A stretch of 52,362 bases of DNA, taken from NCBI GenBank assembly GCA_030616365.1, contig JAUWXM010000001.1, forward strand, positions 1 through 52,362. Direction: 5' to 3'. The stretch is from a bacterium. GTDB lineage: Bacteria; UBP18; UBA7526. The position numbers were made by a program, and so were the translations under genes. The notes below the pieces were generated by a model. The model was not told where the DNA came from and did no database searches. It was given only the letters and a program-made list of their open reading frames with translations. How positions within the stretch are numbered: the stretch's first letter is position 1; every line of letters begins with the position of its first letter. Shown here in pieces: positions 46,572 through 52,362 of this stretch.

Positions 46572-49238
46572 ATGTCCCAGAAGAGATTCTTTTTGATCGA
46601 TGGGAATGCCTATATCCATAGGGCCTTTCATGCCCTGCCTCCCCTCACTACCTCTCGAGGAGAGATGGTGAATGCGGTCTATGGCTTTATCAGGATGCTA
46701 CTAAAGATCCTACGGAAGGAGTCTCCGGATTATATGGCGGTATGCTTCGACTATCCGGCACCTACCTTCCGCCATAAGGAGTATAAGGAGTATAAGGCGA
46801 CCAGGAAGAGGGCCCCGGATGAACTGAAGAGCCAGATTCCTCTGACCCATGAGGTTGTCAGAGCATTAAACTTAGTCCTCTTTGAGCAGGAAGGATATGA
46901 GGCAGATGACCTAATTGCCACCCTTTCTGAAAGAGCAAAGAAGGAAGGGATAGAGACCGTCATCGTCACTGGGGATAAGGATGCCTTACAGCTGGTCGAT
47001 AAATCTATCTCAGTCTTAAATGAGTCCAAGGATATCTCGTATGACGAGGAGGAGGTAAAAGAAAGAACAGGTGTTACTCCTAGACAGATAACTGATTTTA
47101 TGGCCCTTATGGGTGATCAATCGGATAATGTTCCCGGAGTAAGAGGGGTAGGATCCAAGACCGCTACCCAACTCATCCAGAGGTTCGGAAGCATTGAGAA
47201 TCTATATCAACATTTAGACGAGGTAAAGGGGAAATTAAAAGAAAGGCTAAAGGATTCAAAAGAGGAGGCCTTTCTCTCGAAGAGATTAGTTATCTTAGAA
47301 AAGGACGTTCCTTTAAAGTTTGAGATCTCTCATTGTGAGATGAAGCCGTTCAAGCGAGAAGAACTTCTGGGTCTTCTCCACAGGTTGGAATTCCGGAGCC
47401 TCATCGCGGAATTGGTCACCACTAAAGAGGAGAAGAAAGTAAACTACTCTACTGTTCTTTCTGAAAAAGATTTTGAGAAGCTATTGAAGGATTTGGAAAA
47501 AGCCCCCTTAGTCTCTATTGATTTTGAGACCACGGGAAAGGACCCCATGGCCGCCTCTCTGGTAGGCATCGCTCTATCTCTAAAGCCCCTCTCTGCCCAT
47601 TACATGCCCCTTGGCCATTCCTACTTAGGTGCTCCCAAACAATTGAATAGGAAATATGTATTAGGAGAATTGAAACCTATCCTGGAGAATGAGAGAATAA
47701 GGAAGTATGGACAGAATATAAAATATGAGATTATTCTCTTAAAGAGGGAAAGAATAGATTTAAAAGGAATATATTTTGATACCATGGTGGCCTCCTATCT
47801 TCTGAATCCCGCGAAGTTAAACCACAACTTAGGCGATATCGCCATTGAATACCTGGGCCATAAGATGACCCCGATAAGTGAGCTCATCGGTAAAGGCAAG
47901 AAAGAAATTACTATGGATGAGGTGGAGATCGAGAGGGTCACTCCCTATGCCTGCGCCGATGCGGATATCGTTCTCCGTCTGGCAGAGATCATGGAGCCGA
48001 AGTTAAAGAAGAAAGGCTTAGAGAGCCTCTATCATAAAGTGGAAATGCCTCTGGTAAAGGTACTGGCAGAGATGGAGAGGGACGGGGTTCTTATTGACAA
48101 GGAATATCTTGAATCTCTATCAAAGGAATTTGCTTTAGAGCTCAAAAAATTGGAGAAAAGAATCTACTCCCTGGTAGGGGAGGAGTTTAATATTAATTCT
48201 CCCAAGCAGCTTTCCTATGTCCTATTTGAAAAGCTAAAGCTTCCCGTAATAGAGAAGACCAAGACAGGATACTCTACAAAAGAAGCAGTCCTAAGGGAAT
48301 TAACCCCAAGTCATAAATTACCCAGCCTACTTATCAAATATCGGGAACTGGCCAAACTCAAGTCAACCTACATCGATGCTTTACCTTTACTTATCAATCC
48401 TATAGATGGAAGGGTCCACACCTCCTTTAATCAGACTGTAACCGCTACCGGAAGGCTCTCCTCCTCTGAGCCCAACCTGCAGAACATTCCCATAAGGACA
48501 AAGTTGGGAAGGAAGATCAGGAAGGCCTTCATTCCCAAAGAGGGCTCTATTCTATTATCTGCCGATTATTCCCAGATAGACCTCAGGGTCTTGGCTCATA
48601 TCTCGAAAGACAAGAGTTTGAGAGACGCCTTCTTCAAGGATGAGGATATTCACTCCCGAACAGCCTGTGAAATCTTCGGCATCCTGAAGAAAGAGGTTAC
48701 TCCAGAACTACGCAGGATTGCCAAGACCGTGAACTTCGGTCTCTCCTATGGCATGAGCCCTTTTGGCCTCTCTAAAGACTTAGGCATCCCTTTGAAAGAA
48801 GCCGAGAAGTACATCACAAAGTATTTTAAGAGATATAGCGGAGCGAAGAAGTATATTGAGGAGATCATCGAAGAGGCGAAAAAGAAGGGCTACGTTACCA
48901 CGTTACTTAAAAGGAGAAGATATATTCCAGAAATAAATCACCCGGACCCCAGGCTCTCCAACTTTGCTAAAAGAGTAGCCATCAATACCCCCATACAAGG
49001 GACCTCTGCAGATATCATTAAGGTAGCCATGCTTGAGATAAGCGAGAGACTGAAGAAAGAGGCACTGAAGTCCAAGATGATCATTCAGATCCACGATGAG
49101 CTCCTCTTTGAGGTTCCGCAAGATGAGGTGAAGAGAGTATCCAAATTAGCAAAGGAAATCATGGAAAAGGCAATAGAGTTAGAGGTCCCTATAAAGGTCG
49201 ATATAAAGACGGGAAAGAACTGGACAGAACTCCACTAA
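46572..49238 (+). CDS. polA: DNA polymerase I
   Basis: 5'-nuclease N-terminus (FLIDGNAYIHRAFHAL), 3'-5' exonuclease (SIDFETTG), and polymerase motifs A, B and C (LLSADYSQIDLRVLAH; RRIAKTVNFGLSYGMS; IQIHDELLFE). Confidence 0.95.
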   Translation: MSQKRFFLIDGNAYIHRAFHALPPLTTSRGEMVNAVYGFIRMLLKILRKESPDYMAVCFDYPAPTFRHKEYKEYKATRKRAPDELKSQIPLTHEVVRALNLVLFEQEGYEADDLIATLSERAKKEGIETVIVTGDKDALQLVDKSISVLNESKDISYDEEEVKERTGVTPRQITDFMALMGDQSDNVPGVRGVGSKTATQLIQRFGSIENLYQHLDEVKGKLKERLKDSKEEAFLSKRLVILEKDVPLKFEISHCEMKPFKREELLGLLHRLEFRSLIAELVTTKEEKKVNYSTVLSEKDFEKLLKDLEKAPLVSIDFETTGKDPMAASLVGIALSLKPLSAHYMPLGHSYLGAPKQLNRKYVLGELKPILENERIRKYGQNIKYEIILLKRERIDLKGIYFDTMVASYLLNPAKLNHNLGDIAIEYLGHKMTPISELIGKGKKEITMDEVEIERVTPYACADADIVLRLAEIMEPKLKKKGLESLYHKVEMPLVKVLAEMERDGVLIDKEYLESLSKEFALELKKLEKRIYSLVGEEFNINSPKQLSYVLFEKLKLPVIEKTKTGYSTKEAVLRELTPSHKLPSLLIKYRELAKLKSTYIDALPLLINPIDGRVHTSFNQTVTATGRLSSSEPNLQNIPIRTKLGRKIRKAFIPKEGSILLSADYSQIDLRVLAHISKDKSLRDAFFKDEDIHSRTACEIFGILKKEVTPELRRIAKTVNFGLSYGMSPFGLSKDLGIPLKEAEKYITKYFKRYSGAKKYIEEIIEEAKKKGYVTTLLKRRRYIPEINHPDPRLSNFAKRVAINTPIQGTSADIIKVAMLEISERLKKEALKSKMIIQIHDELLFEVPQDEVKRVSKLAKEIMEKAIELEVPIKVDIKTGKNWTELH

Positions 49239-49361
49239 AGATAGTTACTACGTCCTGCTAAGCGGGACTGTTACCATAGGTTACTACGCTTCGCTGTTAC
49301 CAACGGTTGCTTTTGCACTAATCGGTTTGTAACTGTTAGTAACCTTTTGCAGGAGCAAGAA

Positions 49362-49976
49362 ATGCTGGTCGTTGGCCTGACAGGTGGTATGGCATCTGGG
49401 AAGAGTGTGGTAAGCAAGACTCTTAGAGAACTTGGTCTGCCCATAATCGATGCTGATCTAATCGCTAGAGAAAGGGTGAGGCCGAATGAAATAGGTTATA
49501 AAGAAATCGTAGATCATTTTGGAGAAGGAATCCTCAATCCAGACCAGACCATTCATAGAAGAAGATTGGCTAAGATAATCTTTAGCGATTATAAAGAAAG
49601 GGAAAGACTCAACTCCATCCTTCATTCCAGAATAGTTGAAGAGATCAAAAAAAGAATAGGGGATTTTAAAGAAAAGGAAGAGAAGATAGTCATTGTGGAT
49701 GCTGCCCTCTTAATCGAGGCCGGGCAATTACCTTTGGTTGATGAACTCATTGTAGTTACCGTGAGTCCTAAGATTCAAGTCAAACGCCTGGCCCAAAGGG
49801 ATCATTTGACAGAGCAAGAGGCCAGGGAGAGAATCGCCACCCAGATGCCCTTATCTGAAAAGGCGAAACTAGCTGATTATATCATTGATAATAGTAGTTC
49901 AGTTAAGAAAACCATAAAGAGAACAAAAGAGGTCTATCATAAACTACAATTGACAGTCAGCGCTGAAAAAGAGTAA
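49362..49976 (+). CDS. coaE: Dephospho-CoA kinase
   Basis: LVVGLTGGMASGKSVV...IIDADLIARE. SD aggag lies 6 nt before ATG 49362. Confidence 0.85.
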   Translation: MLVVGLTGGMASGKSVVSKTLRELGLPIIDADLIARERVRPNEIGYKEIVDHFGEGILNPDQTIHRRRLAKIIFSDYKERERLNSILHSRIVEEIKKRIGDFKEKEEKIVIVDAALLIEAGQLPLVDELIVVTVSPKIQVKRLAQRDHLTEQEARERIATQMPLSEKAKLADYIIDNSSSVKKTIKRTKEVYHKLQLTVSAEKE

Positions 49977-50099
49977 AATATTATACCACTGAGAACACAG
50001 AGGAAAACCACAGAAGACACAGAAAAAATTATTGAGAATACAAGACTCTGTGACCTCTATAAATCTCTGTGAATTCTGTGGTTGCAATTGGGGTGAAAG

Positions 50100-51353
50100 A
50101 TGGATATTGTTGCCTTGAAAGAAAAAACCATCTCTGAGTTGAGTGACGTGGCGAAGAAGATGAGGATTCCTGGAATAGGCAATTTGAGGAAGCAAGAGCT
50201 CATCTTCAAGATATTAGAGGCCCAGACGAAGAAGGAGGGTCTTTTATTTGGGGAAGGGGTCTTGGAGATCCTTCCCGACGGCTTCGGCTTCCTGCGTTCC
50301 CCCAATACTAACTACCTGCCCGGCCCAGATGACATCTACGTCTCTCCCTCTCAGATAAGGCGCTTCAGCCTCAGGAAAGGGGATACTGTCTCCGGCCAGA
50401 TTCGGCCCCCAAAAGAGAGTGAAAAGTTCTTCGCTTTACTTAAGGTTGAGGCAGTAAACTTTGAAAACCCAGAACTGGCTAAGGAGAAGATACTATTCGA
50501 TAACCTCACCCCCCTATACCCTAAGGAGAAGATTAGACTGGAGACGGGAGCCGATACTATCTCAGAGAGGGTCATGGACCTCTTAACTCCTATCGGGAAA
50601 GGTCAGAGGGGCCTAATCGTCTCTCCTCCCAGGGCAGGAAAGACCATTCTATTGCAGAAGACCGCTAATTCCATCACCACCAACCATCCAGAGATAATCT
50701 TGATTGTTCTCTTGGTTGGAGAAAGGCCAGAAGAGGTGACGGATATGGAGCGAAGCGTCAAAGGAGAGGTAGTCTCCTCCACCTTTGATGAACCGGCCAC
50801 CCGCCATGTCCAGGTGGCAGAGATGGTATTGGAGAAGGCCAAGAGGCTTGTGGAGTATAAGAAGGACGTGGTCATTCTCTTGGACTCTGTCACCAGGTTG
50901 GCCCGGGCATATAATACTATTTGCCCCCATTCGGGAAAGATACTGACTGGAGGGGTGGATGCCAATGCCTTACCCAAGCCTAAGAGGTTCTTTGGTTCGG
51001 CACGCAACATTGAAGAGGGTGGTTCCCTAACCATTCTGGCTACGGCGCTCATTGATACGGGAAGTAAGATGGATGAAGTAATCTTTGAGGAGTTCAAGGG
51101 AACGGGGAATATGGAACTGGTCCTCGATAGAAGGCTGGTGGATAAGAGGATATTTCCCGCCATTGATATCTCGCGAAGCGGGACGAGAAAAGAAGAACTC
51201 TTACTGGATAAGGAGGATTTGAACAAGGTCTGGGTCTTGAGGAAGGTATTGAGTCCGCTCGATGTTGTTGAGAAGATGGAACTCCTAATTGAAAGGCTGA
51301 AAAAGACTAAGACCAATAAGGAATTCTTAGCGTCCATGAATTCACCCCGTTAG
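50100..51353 (+). CDS. rho: Transcription termination factor Rho
   Basis: N-terminal [20 protein letters not shown], an RNA-binding domain (GFGFLRSP), Walker A ([12 protein letters not shown]), and a C-terminal [22 protein letters not shown]. Confidence 0.95.
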   Translation: MDIVALKEKTISELSDVAKKMRIPGIGNLRKQELIFKILEAQTKKEGLLFGEGVLEILPDGFGFLRSPNTNYLPGPDDIYVSPSQIRRFSLRKGDTVSGQIRPPKESEKFFALLKVEAVNFENPELAKEKILFDNLTPLYPKEKIRLETGADTISERVMDLLTPIGKGQRGLIVSPPRAGKTILLQKTANSITTNHPEIILIVLLVGERPEEVTDMERSVKGEVVSSTFDEPATRHVQVAEMVLEKAKRLVEYKKDVVILLDSVTRLARAYNTICPHSGKILTGGVDANALPKPKRFFGSARNIEEGGSLTILATALIDTGSKMDEVIFEEFKGTGNMELVLDRRLVDKRIFPAIDISRSGTRKEELLLDKEDLNKVWVLRKVLSPLDVVEKMELLIERLKKTKTNKEFLASMNSPR

Positions 51354-51406
51354 AAGTCCACACCGCTGGTGTGGCACCCGCCTGAGGCGGCTTACTTCTA
51401 ACGGGG
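51345..51406 (+). other. 62-nt three-way-junction palindromic element (copy 2) overlapping the rho stop codon
   Basis: Outer stem ccccgttagaagt/acttctaacgggg. Inner hairpins ccacac-cgctg-gtgtgg and ccgcc-tga-ggcgg. The TAG stop lies at 51351-53 in the 5' arm. Confidence 0.8.
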
Positions 51407-51524
51407 CAAGGGAGGGCGCCGGGTGCGACGAATATAAGGAGCACCGACTGAAGCGATGGCACAAGGAAAGGCGCGGGCGCGAGTCGGTGAGCGCCCCGGG
51501 TCGACGACTAAAAGGAGGAGACAA

Positions 51525-51746
51525 ATGAAGAAGGAGATTCATCCTAAGTATGTAGACTGCACCATTACCTGTGCCTGTGGGAACGTCATCCATACCAGAG
51601 CGACCAAGCCCAGCATCAGAGTGGAGATCTGCTCTGCCTGCCATCCCTTCTTCACGGGAAAGCAGAAACTGGTTGATACTGCGGGAAGAGTAGAGAGGTT
51701 CAAAAGGAAGTATGGATTGGGCGAGAAAAAAGAAGAGAAGAAATGA
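51525..51746 (+). CDS. rpmE: 50S ribosomal protein L31 (Cys-containing type A)
   Basis: [21 protein letters not shown]...[18 protein letters not shown] aaaggagg before ATG 51525. The ORF-track extension to 51456 is not supported. Confidence 0.9.
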   Translation: MKKEIHPKYVDCTITCACGNVIHTRATKPSIRVEICSACHPFFTGKQKLVDTAGRVERFKRKYGLGEKKEEKK

Positions 51747-52362
51747 GGGTAAGAGTTGGAGGGCAGGCGGTCATTGAGGGGGTGATGATGAGAACCCCCC
51801 ATGCCTTGGCCATTGCCCTAAGAAAAGAGGATGGAGAGATTCTGGTAAAGAAGGAGATCCTTCCTTCCCGCCATCATCTCTTAAAGAAGCCCATAGGCCG
51901 AGGGGCAATTGCCCTATGGGAGGCACTAGTCATCGGCTATAAGGCCTTAGCTTTCTCTGCCAAGAAGAGTGCCGGGAAGGAGGAGAATGAGATATCAGGT
52001 TTTGCTCTGGGCTTTACCATGATCTTCGCTTTTGGTTTAGCAGTTCTCTTCTTTATCCTCTTGCCCGCCTTCCTAACTAGTTTATTTCAGATTAAAAGTA
52101 GCATTCTCTTTAATCTGGTGGATGGTCTCATTCGCCTTCTCCTCTTCTTCGGTTATCTCTGGGCTATCTCTCGGCTAAAAGAGATTAAGAGATTATTTGC
52201 TTATCATGGGGCAGAGCATAAGGTGGTCTATACTTACGAGACGGGAGAAGATTTAACTATAGAGAATGCCAGAAGTAAAAGCACCCTTCATCCCAGATGT
52301 GGGACGAACTTCATCCTCATCTTCTTAATCATGAGTATCCTGCTATTCTCTCTATTGGGAAG
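51743..52362 (+). CDS. DUF1385 (YqhQ-like) membrane protein, 3'-truncated by the window edge
   Basis: [17 protein letters not shown]...YHGAEHKVV...[12 protein letters not shown] overlap with the rpmE stop. Absent from the ORF track because no stop falls within the window. Confidence 0.75.
   Translation, partial: MRVRVGGQAVIEGVMMRTPHALAIALRKEDGEILVKKEILPSRHHLLKKPIGRGAIALWEALVIGYKALAFSAKKSAGKEENEISGFALGFTMIFAFGLAVLFFILLPAFLTSLFQIKSSILFNLVDGLIRLLLFFGYLWAISRLKEIKRLFAYHGAEHKVVYTYETGEDLTIENARSKSTLHPRCGTNFILIFLIMSILLFSLLG

Overview
All calls were made by eye from the sequence and the ORF track, with no searches run. The window holds about 45 supportable genes, every one on the + strand, many joined by 4-nt ATGA overlaps. 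I recognised no rRNA, tRNA, CRISPR array, transposase, integrase or reverse transcriptase. There are four blocks. (i) 0.2-18.8 kb is a type IV pilus / T2SS-like pseudopilus locus. It has a GspG-like major pseudopilin, two tandem diverged minor-pseudopilin cassettes (H-I-J-K x2), a PilM-PilN fusion, PilO, a PilP-like protein and an AMIN-secretin PilQ. Three extra periplasmic genes sit between pilP and pilQ, followed by a TPR protein and a membrane GAF protein. (ii) 18.9-33.1 kb is an expanded DNA-uptake/nuclease block: a tandem Cas4-like PD-(D/E)XK nuclease and two ComEC paralogues, one with an inserted HhH module and a degenerate metallo-beta-lactamase (MBL) motif. It also has three ComEA-type proteins, a free-standing exported ComEC-type MBL, a small membrane-anchored PD-(D/E)XK-like protein and a duplicated YibE/F membrane protein. 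(iii) 33.6-45.6 kb is a pyrimidine salvage / N-heterocycle block: dcd, DUF2877, a split FdrA, a UPRT-like protein, an exported CapA-like phosphoesterase, DUF1116, tungsten-type aldehyde:ferredoxin oxidoreductase, CodA-like deaminase, a cyclase-family hydrolase and uridine phosphorylase. (iv) 45.7-52.4 kb is housekeeping: a second Cas4-like nuclease, polA, coaE, rho, rpmE and DUF1385. Overlaid on all blocks is an unusual intergenic repeat system. Spacers are built from short iterated words followed by their reverse complements. Several dispersed repeat families run into coding sequence, supplying stop codons, start regions, long pilin leaders and one in-frame insertion. A 62-nt three-way-junction element with compensatory substitutions overlaps the stop codons of two unrelated genes. 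My best candidate for a new system is the expanded DNA capture, degradation and translocation machine of blocks i-ii, possibly feeding the salvage block iii.
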